The notes under the pieces are model-generated. The model did no database searches and was not told the origin of the DNA. It saw only the letters and a list, made by a program, of their open reading frames with translations. A stretch of 64,000 nucleotides of DNA from Haliotis rufescens (taxonomy: Eukaryota). Made by a program: the position numbers and the translations under genes. Numbering within the stretch: position 1 is the first letter of the stretch; every line of letters begins with the position of its first letter. Shown here one piece after another: positions 24,737 through 39,185 of the stretch. The DNA lies in NCBI RefSeq assembly GCF_023055435.1, contig NW_025964383.1, forward strand, positions 17,670,001-17,734,000, given 5' to 3'.

Positions 24737-27700
24737 ATGAAGTTTGTGATGTGTGTTGCGGCTGTTCTCCTCTCATCTGGTAGGTAACCATTATACTGTA
24801 GCATGTTTCAGTATGTATACATGGCAGACTAACGAAACGAGTTGCATACCATAAGCATGCCAGCCAGCACACAGTGATCGTTGATTTAAATCCCAGATAC
24901 ATCCTCATCATAATCCTTACCACGCTACCTCATTACATTGGTATATAACAGAAAACTGTTAAAAGCCGCGTTTAACATCACATGCAATGATTCCGTCGAT
25001 GTGGTCACTTTGTGTGGACGCTAGTTGACATATATGTGTCACGATTTACTGTGTTTCTCGAGAATGCATAATTGTCAACAATTTTTTGTTGGATCTAAAA
25101 CAATTCTTAACTGATGTACAATATTGATAATAAGTCTTTTGGGGTGCTTAATAACATCTTTCTCAATAATATTGTAATAGCAGCAAAATTTATTGCCAGA
25201 AGAAATAAAACAACACATCGCTTCAACGTGAAATGGGGACTTTTGTTGATATATTACATATTACATAACCCCTCATACTTTTATCTTCATATATAATAAA
25301 TCCGCTACAACAGCGTTTAATCACTAGTTGATATGGATTCATCAACACATGCTCGTGATATCGTCGGAATCGTACAATCGAGACTTTTGTTGAATACGGA
25401 AAGGTTTTTGTCGCTTTTATGCAAGTTTCCTATAATGTATTTTACCACCAGCAAAATTGTGCGATACATACTACATTATATTGAAGTCTTGGTAAAGACT
25501 ATTACGGCAATAGTACCTTCGCTGACAATTATATTCTTCTCTGTGTGACCTTCCAGTGTCCGGTTTAGAGTGGCCTACGAGGAGACAGATTGTACCAGCT
25601 ACATCTAGTGCATGTCAGAACGTTTATGCACAAATATTGGGGATCATGCAAAGACCAAGGTTTAGCAATCTTATTGGAGATGGCAAACTGAGCCTTGACT
25701 GCAGGTTAGTATCGTAATTCGCTGATCAAATCTTTTAAAAACAATAATTGTTAAGCTGTTTCCTTTCAGAGAAAGTAATAGTCAACCTCTGACGAGTGAG
25801 TGAGTAAGTTAAAATTTAACGTTGCATCGGCATTTTTCCAGCCATATTGCGTCGAGTCCAAGTTAATAAGTTTACAATTGAGTCATTTATGCAAAGTTAT
25901 ATTTAAAAACAATTTATGAAACATATTTGAACATAACAATATCATGTATACATTTTTAAAACACGGGCTAATGACCACTCGTAACCAAAGCTAGGACACC
26001 TCGCTGGGGATCATGGGGACTTCCTGCATGATACCCCAGCAGGATTTACGTCATCACTTTAGCTACTGGTGGTTGTGCATAATACTAGTAATTATGTATA
26101 TCGTAACTCTCCGATAGCCTAGAGTGTTATTGATGTCAATTCTTGATATTTGTACTGCCATGGAGACATGAACATTTGCGATGCATTGGTTCTTCGAGCA
26201 ATCATTACACTCATTAATCGTAACCTTGCAATCCCAACCGTATGTGATATGCCTACATAGTAGAAGTCGGATAAAGTTACACGAGTCATTTTGTAAATAT
26301 GACAACTTCTTACTAACTATTATTTAATGTGCCATATTGATAAAGCTGTTATTATTTTCACCGAACCACCGCAGCATTGATAATGAAGAGGTTGGCACAC
26401 ATACAAATTAACTGAAATACCAACGACTTACATTCTACCGTCAGAATATAATTCGAATGTTAGGCAGAAAGACTTGCAATAAATATTTTCTCTTTCCAGC
26501 CAGCAGACATTGACAGCAGCAGATGAATGCCAACGACCATGGTCTTTGAGAAGATCACTTTTCAAAGTTGAACAGCTGAACATTGCCCTCAATACCTTCT
26601 GTAGCCACAAACCAGGTATACGCATGTCCAGTTTTCTATGAGCAGCTGCTTCTGAAATGTTAGTCCGTGTACCACCTTGATTGACATGTTGATTCCTTAA
26701 ATTTATTGACAATGTTATCCAAGATTACTACGATTTACTATGGCAGATGTGTTTAACTTTACAAGACCTTCATAAACAACTATCAGATGTTATGTGTTGA
26801 ATTCATCAAATCTTTCTGTTACAGAAATCGAGAGAGAGGCGTCATGTTGGACCAGTGAAGAATTGTCGGACACTCTTGTTTCATGTGCACAACGAGACAG
26901 GTAGGGTGACTGTACAAGTGTCCATTGACATCTACTGAATAAATACCTAAAGACAACCTACACAGGCAGATTAACTATACCTTCTGTACATCTAGATGTC
27001 TAGATAAAACATATGGATTGATAGACTACACAATGCGTACATCTTGAAGCCGAATTAAAACATACATGCATAGGTGAACTGTTTATTGTGTACATCTACA
27101 GGTGAAATGATAAGAGGTGAACTAGGATTCCCTTTGTCACAAAATGACGGCCGTTCTGCGTTAATTGTGAAAAACATGCGTTTTCGATCTGCGATCGGTT
27201 CCGTCATAAATGCCTGTCTGTGCACAGTATCGTCTGTAAGTTCTGGTGAAGAATAATATTCGAGGAAGAATTCACCTTTCTAAGAATAAATAACGATGAA
27301 GACGACAGAAAGTGACATTTCAATGCAAGGAGTATTGATCGTAGGTACCGGAAGTTCAGACGATAAATACATTCGGAACGTTTCTGTGCGACTTCAATTA
27401 CCTCGTATTTCCTCACAAGGAATTAATTCTAACTGGCATGTACACAGTGTCGCTATGTGGATGTGTGACGATATGTGGTGTCTCTACGGACATATGGCCC
27501 CTTGAAGTGTCCAATACTTTCATGAAATGTAGACGACTTCTATGGATCATTTGTAAATGCATTCGTGATGCACGTAAACTTACTGGATCTTTGCAAGACA
27601 TCAGTCCGGTGTCAGGCATAAACGTCAGGGTGCGTGCGATAACGCACAATTACCCTATCAAAAGATATCTAAATTGATAATTAGGTCTTTGGAATTTTTT

Positions 27701-29883
27701 AAAGTATAATGGCTATAGGGACGGTGAAATTATCCTTCCGATTTGTGGTCCTTCACAGAATAAAATACTCAATAGCTGGGATATTGCTGAGTGTGGCGTT
27801 AAACAAAAAAATAAATATGGTTATGAGAAATCTCAAACTAGTGCATGAAGAGATACTAATTAAATTTGTAGTTACAAAGTGAAATTATGCACGGAGATTG
27901 TACAGGTTGCACCTGCATTAATGCTTCAATTGTGAGTGAATAGAATAACTGGCAAAAATCACACCACCAACTGATGGACTTCCGTTTGACTTTAAGACCA
28001 ATATATCAGCTTCCAGCAAGTATCTAAACAGTGACTTACTGTAGTTGGTTTGCTTGTTGTTTTACGCCGCACTCTGCAATATTCCAGCTATATGACGGCG
28101 GTCTGTAAATAATCGAGTCTGGACCAGACAACCCAGTGGTTGATATCATGAGCATCGATCCACGCAATTGGGATACGATGACAAGCATCAACCAAGTCAG
28201 CGAGCCTGACCACCGATCCCGTTTGTCGCCTCTTACGACAAGCATAGTCTCCTTTTACGACAAGCACGGTTGCTGAAGACCAATTCTACCCCGGATCTTC
28301 ACGGGGCTGCTCTAACTATAAGCAGATACCCCAAGTGTGATGGTCCCAGTGTTCGTGTTACTAACAGCATCGACACAATGCCCCTGTATATATGAGTATG
28401 TAAGTGAGTATGGTTTTACGCCGCTTTCAGCAATTTCCAGCAATATCACGGCGGGGTGTGCCTAAATATATATAATTTGCACTTATATATATATATACGG
28501 CCAAATGTTAACACTCAATGATAGGCGGATAAAAGCAACAATAAGTCACTGATGCGTCAAATTTGAAGAAAAAAAAAATTCTTATAAATTACTTTAAACC
28601 GTAAATTCGTTCCTGTAATCAAAAGAAAACGGCTGTTAAATCATGTGTTTATGAACCACTATCGGATTGTGGTTATTAGACCATTACTGATCGATCTGAT
28701 AAATCTATATTCATGAAGCGTCAGAGAAACACTCTCAGCCAAATGTTTTCATTTTGCCAGTCCAAGCAGAAATTCCGATTTATATGCACAAATATACATC
28801 TCATCAAGGTGGAAGCAAATTGGACGCCCATGAGGATGCCTTTTTCTTGCCTAAATGTCCTGTCCCCAAACTTCCTATAGACGTTATGCACAAGCGAAGT
28901 CGAATACTTATATTTCACATTTTGTTTTCTCAGCAAACCACAGATGATATTTGCTTTCAGTATTGCCACATTATCCTGACCCTTTGGAAATAGTTATGAA
29001 TCTATATAAATGGTCACCACGTTAGTGACAAATGGGGGACAGGGGTGGCCCAATCATCTAAGGCGCCGCCATTCGCTGTGCAGAGTTGCGTCCCTTGGGC
29101 ACGCAAGAAACCTATGATTGTGAGTTCGAATCCAGGTTCTCCCCGATTATGCTTCTAGGTTGTCAGCACCATACCTGAATCACTTTGGGCTTTCCTCCCA
29201 CATTAAGCTGACTCGCCGTGATATAACTGGAATACTGTTAAAAGCGGCGTTAAACCCTACACGCTCACTCGTGACCAATGCGGTATTGATCAAGGTATGA
29301 AGTAGTTCCTGAAGTTGGGATAGTGGTGTACTAAGTTAAACAATCAAATGTTCTGACATGATTGAACTTTGTTGTTTTCTGAGAGTAAATAATTCAAGCC
29401 ATTCCGTTTTTAGATTTCACATGGTCTTAATGCCATTTGTCTGAGATACTTGTGAATGTAAAGAAAGACCTTCCTTCTTAGCATTAAGGGTAATGGTAAA
29501 TCTTTGAGACAGGCATTCGGGGGTACATTTGTTGGACCAAGCAAAATATTTCTCTTTGTAGTGGAAACATCATCAAAGACCTGCCTCAGTTCCTGTTTTC
29601 CTGCCTTAAGTTGACTTTAATAACAAATTTGCACCTTGATTATTATAAAAAAGACACTTGTGACGAGATAATTGCAATATATGAATCAAATCTCTCCATT
29701 TACGCGAGTGCCATATTTGGCGACAAGATGTACAATATACATGTTATTATTTACTAAATATGTTTATTCTGTTTCAGGCGTGCTTTTGCTGAGTGTGCTG
29801 ACCAAAATGTGAGCAATCTCACAGAGTGTACCAACACTACTGGCGCCATCTTCCGGCAACTGATTTTGGATATTTTTCCTTAG
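24737..29883 (+). CDS. Copy 4: intact 5-exon gene, 162 aa
   Basis: join(24737-24779,25557-25704,26500-26615,26825-26900,29778-29883). Exon 3 QQTLTAADECQRPWSLRRSLFKVEQLNIALNTFCSHKP; C-terminus ...NVSNLTECTNTTGAIFRQLILDIFP*. TATA 24680, AATAAA 29949. Confidence 0.88.
29035..29268 (+). mobile_element. tRNA-derived SINE (same insertion as 7108-7341)
   Basis: Near-identical to 7108-7341. Confidence 0.75.
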
Positions 29884-30484
29884 ACGTATCCATGCAAACA
29901 CACCCTCCGATAAAAGTGGAGCAAAACATCATGTTATGTTTGAATCTTAATAAATTAGTCTGAATTTCGACCATCGTTTCTTTAGCATTCTAGTAGCATG
30001 CCTGTGTTTCTGGTACATAGCACTTTTTGTCAAATGTCGACAACGCAAGAATGCGACATTTGGACATGATGCAAAATCTCGCAATCCTGCAATCTGGACT
30101 TGTCAAATTAGGCCACAAAAACACGAAATCGCGAGAATGCGACAATTCATTTTCTCGCGATTTAGACGCTGTCCGTGCGCATGCGTAATATCATAAGGGT
30201 CAAGTCGCATGCCCACATCAGAAGTCCTGTTGTCATGCCTCTTTCATGCTCTCTATTGTCCAAGTAGCATTTAGCAAACTTATGACTTGAGCTTGAAAAT
30301 TCTATGTAATGTTCATACACAATGTCTTCTGTAGTGTATTCAAGTCCTCTCCCGTTTGTTACAGTCTAATTAAGACCATCAACATACTCAGTATAATTTA
30401 ACAAAAGACAGTGATACCAATACTTTGATATTAGATATTATGTGTTCATTTCGGGAAGATGCGTACATCAGTCAAAGAACACTA

Positions 30485-30546
<62 letters not shown>

Positions 30547-31211
30547 ATCATAACAATACGTCCGACGATTACAAAACTAAACATTAACGCGTGGCACACT
30601 TTGGCAGCAGTTATGCATACTTGTTTACATTCTGCCTACAGGAATGTTTGGTTCGTTGGATCTGGTTGGTTAGATTTATATGCCAATAAACCATTTAAAA
30701 ATTATTGGTCCAAAACAACATGGAACAGGAGGTTTAATTTTACATTAAATATGTCTGCAGCACTACCATCATTTCGTTTATTTCAAAATGGTATTGACAA
30801 TTTTGTCGTTGTTTTCGTCATCTGATTAAATGGTAAAGTTGAAAGATAATCAAGACACACGTCCCAATCAAAGGTTTCAAAGGCAAGCTAGAACATATTC
30901 TGGAAAGTCTTTGTCAAACAGTCAAAGGCAATGTTGAAATATCGAAGCCACTCATTGTGTTCCATGACCACAAAATCACTGGCATTGAAGGAAGCGTTGA
31001 AATATATAGTATCCACATACGGTTGGAAGTCTATGGGTGCAAAGTGAGGGTTGAATGATATACAGTTGATGGTCAGTGTCTAACCGTCACTGGGGTCCAA
31101 AGGATATTCGAAATATAAAAGGACATTCGTTTTCACATCATTATATGGTTTTAAGGAAGAATTGAAATACTTGTACATTTGCGAATCTCGTTGCTTGTCA
31201 ACGGCTCAAAG

Positions 31212-31376
31212 TGAGTGAGCGAGTTTGGTTTTACGCCGCTTTTAACAATATTCCAGCAATATCACGGCGGGGGACACCAGAGATGGGCTTCACACATTGT
31301 ACCCATGTCGAGATTCGAACCCGGGTCTTCGGCGTGACGAGCGAACGCTTTAACCACTAGGCTACCTGACCGCCCC
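31212..31376 (-). mobile_element. Same young SINE insertion, upstream of copy 5
   Basis: Same site and TSD as 9296-9460. Confidence 0.9.
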
Positions 31377-31435
31377 CAACGGCTCAAAGGGAGAGTTGAA
31401 GTATAAAAAGATGTGCCTCGTTGTCAGGAGATTTC

Positions 31436-31771
31436 AAGGCAATGTTGAAATATCGAAGCCACTCATTGTGTTCCATAACCACAATATCACTGGCTTTGAA
31501 GGAAGCATTGGAATATAAAGTATCCACATACGGTTGGAAGTCTATGGGTGCAAAGTAAGGGTTAAATGATACACAGTTGATGATCAGTGTCTAACCGTCA
31601 CTGGGGCCCAAAGGATATTCAAAATATAAAAGGACATTCGTTCTCACATCATTATATGGTTTAATGGAAGAATTGAAATACTTGTACATTTGCGAATCTC
31701 GTTGCTTGTCATCGGCTCAAAGGGAGAGTTGAAGTATAAAGAGATGTGCCTCGTTGTCAGGGGATTTCAAG
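31436..31771 (+). repeat. ~335-nt tandem duplication of the upstream motif block; also ~39245-39581
   Basis: The junction tttcaagg|caatgttgaaatatcg fuses the 8th motif copy to the 2nd. The duplicate lacks the young SINE. Confidence 0.88.
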
Positions 31772-33056
31772 GGAGAGTTGAAATATGAATGAGTTCTTCA
31801 GAACAGGTACTTAGCTAGTGCATTAATATGAAGAGTGATCAACAACTGATTAAGGGGCCTAAATATATTATATTTATTGCCACTATCACAATTTCAAATG
31901 GCCAAAAAATGTCGGACTGGTATAAAACTAACTACTCGAAGTGAATATAAAACAACGCTGACGGTTTTAGTCATCAGTTTCGACTGGTATGTATTATCGC
32001 TGACATTACGTATTTAAGGCAATGTGCCAAGTCTCGATCTGATGTCAGGAAAACAGGTATACGATGACATGCATCAACCAAGTCAGCGAGTCTGACCACC
32101 CGATCCCGTTAGTCGCCTCTTGGGACAACCACCTCTTACGACAATACTAATGAATACTATCACAGTATGTTTTGAAAATACCGGTATATTGTGTTTTTCC
32201 AACATCCTGCATATCTTCACACGAGGCAGGGTGGTCAGGCTCGCTGACTTGGTTGATGCATGTCACTGTATCCCTATTATGTAGATCGATGCTCATGATG
32301 TCAATCACTGGATTGTCTCGATTATTAACAGACCGCCGTCATATAGCTGGAATACAGTTGAGTGCGGCTTTTAACAAAAACCAAACAAACAAAAACACCT
32401 GATAGAAAACTTTACACAAGCATGTGATATGTGACAAATCGAATTCAATTATGAAAATAAAGGAATCGTTTTCTTTGATCGAAAAGGCGAATTGTTTGGC
32501 GACTAGTTTCCTCTATATAATGTGTCTTTACGCATGTTTTGTGACCATAGCAACATCCCACAGAATACAAAGATGTCAAAAATGTGCAGGGGTTGGGGGT
32601 GGGGGTTATTCATGTTCAACAAATTACTGCTAAAATGCACTATATTGTGGTACATATCGCAATACATGAATCATTGCTAAATTGCAATATGAAAGTCAGG
32701 TCAAGGCACATCACTGTTGACAACCTATTTTTCTTCGAAATTCCATGGGGATATTTAGCAGTAGTCAGTTGGGTGTTCACGCCCCTTTGAAATGTAAATG
32801 TCTCAGTTGAATGTCTCTCCCTATTGTTCCATCAAATTAAGTCGTTATACAGATTTATAGGAAATTCGAATAATTGTGGGCGTATTATTCAGTTTACGGA
32901 ATTCCTCGTAACCTTTTCAGTTGACAAATGACTTGGAAGGATGATTACTCTTGCAATTGAAACAAATTGGAAAAACCATTATCTTTTCTGAATACTTCTT
33001 ATATAAAAACCTGAGATGTTCTGTGACATCGAGCACATCGACTGCATGCTGCCAGG

Positions 33057-33580
33057 ATGAAGTTTGTGATGTGTGTTGCTGCTGTTCTCCTCTCATCTGG
33101 TAGGTAACCATTATATTGTAGCATGTTTCAGTATGTATACATTGCAGACTAAAGGAACGAGTTGCATACCATAAGCATGCCAGCCAGCACATAATGATCG
33201 TTGATTTAAATCCCAGATACATCCTCATTATAATCCTTACCACGCTACCTCATTACACTGGTCTATAACAGAAAACTGTTAAAAGCGGCGTTTAACATTA
33301 CATGCAATGATTTCGTCGATGTGGTCACTTTGTGTGGACGCAAGTTGACATATATGTGACATATATGTGTCACAACTCGAGAATGCATAATTGTCAACAA
33401 CTTTTGGGGGGATCTAAAACAATTCTTAACGGATGTACAATATTGATCAATTTACTAAGAAAGAAATTCTTTTGGGATTCTTAATAACATCTTTCTTAAT
33501 AATATTGTAATAGCAGCAAAACGGCACATTGACATATGAGTATAAAATGGTTAAAGGCCTGCTTCTCTAAATTCATAAAA

Positions 33581-33641
<61 letters not shown>

Positions 33642-36600
33642 TAATATTATGTCGAAGAATGTATTGCCAGAAGAAATAATACAATACATGGCTTCAACGT
33701 GAAATGGGGACTTTTTGTTGATATATTAAATCCCGTACATAACCCCTCATACTTTTATCTTCATATATAATAAATCCACTACAACAGCGTTTAATCACTA
33801 GTTGATATGGATTCATCAACACATGCTCGTGATATCGTCGGAATCGTACAATCGAGACTTTTGTTGAATACGGAAAGGTTTTTGTCGCTTTTATGCAAGT
33901 TTCCTATCATGTATTTTACCACGAGCAAAATTGTACGATACATACTACATTATATTGAAGTCTTGGTAAAGACTATTTCGGCAATAGTACCTTCGCTGAC
34001 AATTATATTCTTCTCTGTGTGACCTTCCAGTGTCCGGTCTAGAGTGGCCTACGAGGAGACAGATTGTACCAGCTACATCTAGTGCATGTCAGAACGTTTA
34101 TGCACAAATATTGGGGATCATGCAAAGACCAAGGTTTAGCAATCTTATCGAAGATGGCAAACTGAGCCTTGACTGCAGGTTAGTATCGTAATTCGCTGAT
34201 CAAATCTTTTAAAAACAATAATTGTTAAGCTGTTTCCTTTCAGAGAAAGTAATAGTCAACCTCTGACGAGTGAGTGAGTACGTTAAAATTTAACGTTGCA
34301 TCGGCATTTTTCCAGCCATATTGCGTCGAATCCAAGTTAATAAGTTTACAATTGAGTCATTTATGCAAAGTTATATTTATAAACAATTTATGAAACATAT
34401 TTGAACATAACAATATCATGTATACATTTTTAAAACACGGGCTAATGACCACTGGTAACCAAAGCTAGGACACCTCGCTGGGGATCATGGAGACTTCCTG
34501 CATGATACCCCAGCAGGATTTACGTCATCACTTTAGCTACTGGTGGTTGTGCATAATACTAGTAATTATGTATATCGTAACTCTCCGATAGCCTAGAGTG
34601 TTATTGATGTCAACTCTTGATCTTTGTACTGCCATGGAGACATGAACAGTTGCTATGCATTGGTTGTTCGAGCAATCATTACACTCATTAATCGTAACCT
34701 TGCAATCCCAACCGTATGTGATATGCTTACATAGTAGAAGTCGGATAAAGTTACACGAGTCATTTTGTAAATATGACAACTTCTTACTAACTATTGTTTA
34801 ATGTGCCATATTGATAAAGCTGTTATTATTTTTACCGAACCACCGCAGCATTGATAATGAAGAGGTTGGCACACATACACATTAACTGAATTACCAACGA
34901 CTTACATTCTACCTTGAGAATATAATTCGAATGTTAGGCAGAAAGACTTGCAATAAATATTTTCTCTTTCCAGCCAGCAGACATTGACAACAGCAGATGA
35001 ATGCCAACGACCATGGTCTATGAGAAGATCACGTTTCACAGTTGAAGAGCTGAACATTGCCCTCAATACCTTCTGTAGCCACAAACCAGGTATACGCATG
35101 TCCAGTTTTCTATGAGCAGCTGCTTCTGAAATGTTAGCCCGTGTACCACCTTGATTGACATGTTGATTCCTTAAATTAATTGACAATGTTATCCTAGATT
35201 TCTACGACTTACTATGGCAGATGTTTTTAACAAGAACTTCATAAACAACTATCAGATGTTATGTGTTGAATTCATCAAATCTTTCTGTTACAGAAATCGA
35301 GGGAGAGGCGTCATGTTGGACCAGTGAAGAATTGCCGGAGACTGTTGTTTCATGTTCACAACAAGACAGGTAGGGTGACTGTACAAGTGTCCATTGACAT
35401 CTACTGAATAATACCTTAAGACAACTTAGTCATGTAGATTAACTATACCTTCTGTACATCTAGATGTCTAGATAAAACATATGGATTGATAGACTATACA
35501 ATGCGTACATCTTGAATCCGAATTATAACATACATGGATAGGTGAACTGTTTATTGTGTACATCTACAGGTGAATTGATAAGAGGTGAAATAGGATTCCC
35601 TTTGTCACAAAATGACGGCCGTTCTGCGTTAATTGTGAAAAACATGCGTTTTCGATCTGCGATCGGTTCCGTCATAAATGCCTGTCTGTGCACAGTATCG
35701 TCTGTAAGTTCTGGTGAAGAATAACATTCGAGGAAGAATTCACCTTTCTAAGAATAAACGACGATGAAGACGACAGAAAGTGACATTTCAATGCAAGGAG
35801 TATTGACCGTAGGTACCGGAAGTTCAGACGATAGATACATTCGGAACGTTTCTGTGCGACTTCAATTACCTCGTATTTCCTCACAAGGAATTAATTCTAA
35901 CTGGCATGTACACAGTCTCGCTATGTGGATGTGTGACGACATGTGGTGTCTGTACGGACATATGGCCCTTTGAAGTGTCCAATACGTTCATGAAATGTAG
36001 ACGACTGCCAAGGACCATTCGTAAATGCATTCGTGATGCACGTAAACTTACTGGATCTTTGCAAGACATCAGTCCGGTGTCAGGCATAAACGTCAGGGCA
36101 CGTGCGATAACGCACAATTACCCTATCAAAAGATATCTAAATTGATAATTAGGTCTTTGGAATTTTCAGTAGAATGGCTATAGGGACGGTGAAATTATCC
36201 TTCCGATTTGAGGTCCTTCACAGAATAAAATACTCAATAGCTGGGGTATTACTGAGTGTGGCGTTAAACAAAGAAATAAATATGGTTATGAGGAATCTCC
36301 AACTAGTGCATGAAGAGATACTAATAAAATGTTGTTACAAAGTGAAATTATGCACGGAGACTGTACAGGTTGCACCTGCATTAATGCTTCAATTGTGGGT
36401 GAATAGAACAACTGGCAAAAATCACACCACCAACTGATGGACTTTCGTTTGACTTTAAGACCAATATATCAGCTTCCAGCAAGTATCTAAACAGTGACTT
36501 ACTCTAGCTGTAGTTGGTTGGTTTGTTGTTTTACGCCGCACTCAGCAATATTCCAGCTTTATGACGGCGGTCTGTAAATAATCGAGTCAGAACCAGACAA

Positions 36601-37709
36601 CCCAGTGATTGATATCACGAGCATCGATCCACGCAATAGGGATACGATGACATGCATCAACCAAGTCAGCGAGCCTGACCACCCGATCCCGTTAGTCCCC
36701 TCTTACGACAAGCATAGTCTCCTTTTACGGAAAGCATGGGTTGCTGAAGACCAATTCTACCCCGGATCTTGACGGGGCAGCTCTAACTGTAAGCAGGTTC
36801 CCCAAGTGTGATGGTCCCAGTGTTGGTGTTACTGTCAGCATCGACACAATGCCCCATATATATATATATATATGAGTATCTGAGTGAGTATGCTTTTACG
36901 CCACTTGGGCACACACGAGACCTACGATTGTGAGTTCGATGATGTTCCTTCGATTATGTTCCTAGGTTGTCAGCACCATAGTATTACCTGAATCACTTTG
37001 GGCTCTCCTCCAACACTAAGCTGACTTCCCGTGATATAATTGCAATTCTGTTAAAAGTTGCGTTAAACCCAACTCACTCACTCACTAGTGACAAATGCCC
37101 TATTGATCAAGGTATTAAGTATGTCCTGAAGTTTGGATAGTGGTGTACTAAGTTAAACAATCAAATGTTCTGACATGATTGAACTTTGTTTTTTTCTGAG
37201 AGTAAACAATTCAAGCCAATCCGCTGAGTTTTTAGATTTCACATGGTCTTAATGCCATTTGTCTGAGATATTTGTGAATATAAAGAAAGACCTTTCCTTC
37301 TTAGCATTAAGGGTAACGGTAAATCTTTGAGACAGGCATTCGGGGATACATTTGTTGGACCAAGCAAAATATTTCTCTTCGTAGTGGAAACATCATCTAA
37401 GACCTGCCTCACTTCCGGTTTTCCTCCCTTAAGTTGACCTAAATAACAAATTTGCACCTTTATTATTATAATAAAAAAGACACTTGTGACGAGATAATTG
37501 CAATATATGTATCAAATCTCTCCATTAACGCGAGTGCCATATTTGGCAACAAGATGTACAATATACATGTTATTATTTACTAAATATGTTTATTCTGTTT
37601 CAGTCGTGCTTTTGCTGAGTGTGCTGACCAAAATGTGAGCAATCTCAGAAAGTGCACCAACACCACTGGCGCCATCTTCCGGCAGCTGATTTTGGGTGTT
37701 TTTCCTTAG
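33057..37709 (+). CDS. Copy 5: intact, chimeric 5-exon gene, 162 aa
   Basis: join(33057-33099,34031-34178,34974-35089,35294-35369,37604-37709). Exon 3 QQTLTTADECQRPWSMRRSRFTVEELNIALNTFCSHKP; C-terminus ...LILGVFP*. TATA 33000, AATAAA 37775. Confidence 0.88.
33582..33639. repeat. (ATT)n microsatellite in intron 1; also ~11322-11368, ~55849-55883, ~61997-62044
   Basis: Direct reading. Confidence 0.95.
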
Positions 37710-38297
37710 ACGTATCCATGCAAACACACCTTCCGATAATAGTGGAGCAAAACATCATGTTATGTTTGAATCTTAATAAATGAGTCTGAATTTCGACCAT
37801 CGTTTCTTTAGCATTCTAGTAGCATGCCTGTGTTTCTGGTACATAACACTTTTTGTCAAATGTCGACAACGCGAGAATGCGACATTTGCACATGATGCAA
37901 AATCTCGCAATCCCGCAATCTGGACTTGTCAAATTAGGCCACAAAACACGAAATCGCGAGAATGCGACAATTCATTTTCTCGCGTTTTAGACACTGTCCG
38001 TGCGCATGCGTAATATCATAAGGGTCAAGACGCATGCCAACATCAGAAGTCATGCCTCTTTCATGCTTTTTATTGTCCAAGTAGCATTTAGCAAACTTAT
38101 GACTTGAGCTTGAAAATTCTATGTCATGTTCATACACAAAGTCTTATGTAGTGTATTCAAGTCCTCTCCCGTTTGTTAAAGTCTTATTAAGACCATCAAC
38201 ATACTCAGTATAATTTAACAAAAGACAGTGATACCAATACTTTGTATTAGATATTATGTGCTCATTTCGGGATGCGTAGATCAGTCAAAGAACACTA

Positions 38298-38344
<47 letters not shown>

Positions 38345-39020
38345 ATCATAACAATACGTCCGACGATTACAAAACTAAACATTAACGCGTGGCACACTTT
38401 GGCACCAGATATCCATACTTGTTTACTACATATGTATATTCTGCCTACAGGAATGTTTGGTTCGTTGGATATGGTTGGTTAGATGTATATGCCAATAAAC
38501 CAGTTTAAAACTATTGGTCCAAAAAAACATGGAACAGGAGGTTTTATTTTACATTAAATATGTCTGCAGCACTACCATCATTTCGTTTATTGATAAATGG
38601 TATTGACAGTTTTATCGTTGTTATCGTCACCTGATTAAATGGTAAAGTTGAAAGATATTCAAGACACACGTCCCAATCAAAGGTTTCAAAGGCAAGCTAG
38701 AACATATTCTGGTAAGACGTTGTCAAACAGTCAAAGGCAATGTTGAAATATCGAAGCCACTCATTGTGTTCCATAACCACAATATCACTGGCTTTGAAGG
38801 AAGCATTGGAATATAAAGTATCCACATACGGTTGGAAGTCTATGGGTGCAAAGTAAGGGTTGAATGATACACAGTTGATGGTCAGTGTCTAACCGTCACT
38901 GGGGTCCAAAGGATATTCGAAATATAAAAGGACATTCGTTCTCACATCATTATATGGTTTTAAGGAAGAATTGAAATACTTGTACATTTGCGAATCTCGT
39001 TGCTTGTCAACGGCTCAAAG

Positions 39021-39185
39021 TGAGTGAGCGAGTTTGGTTTTACGCCGCTTTTAACAATATTCCAGCAATATCACGGCGGGGGACACCAGAGATGGGCTTC
39101 ACACATTGTACCCATGTCGAGATTCGAACCCGGGTCTTCGGCGTGACGAGCGAACGCTTTAACCACTAGGCTACCTGACCGCCCC
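39021..39185 (-). mobile_element. Same young SINE insertion, upstream of copy 6
   Basis: Same site and TSD as 9296-9460. Confidence 0.9.
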
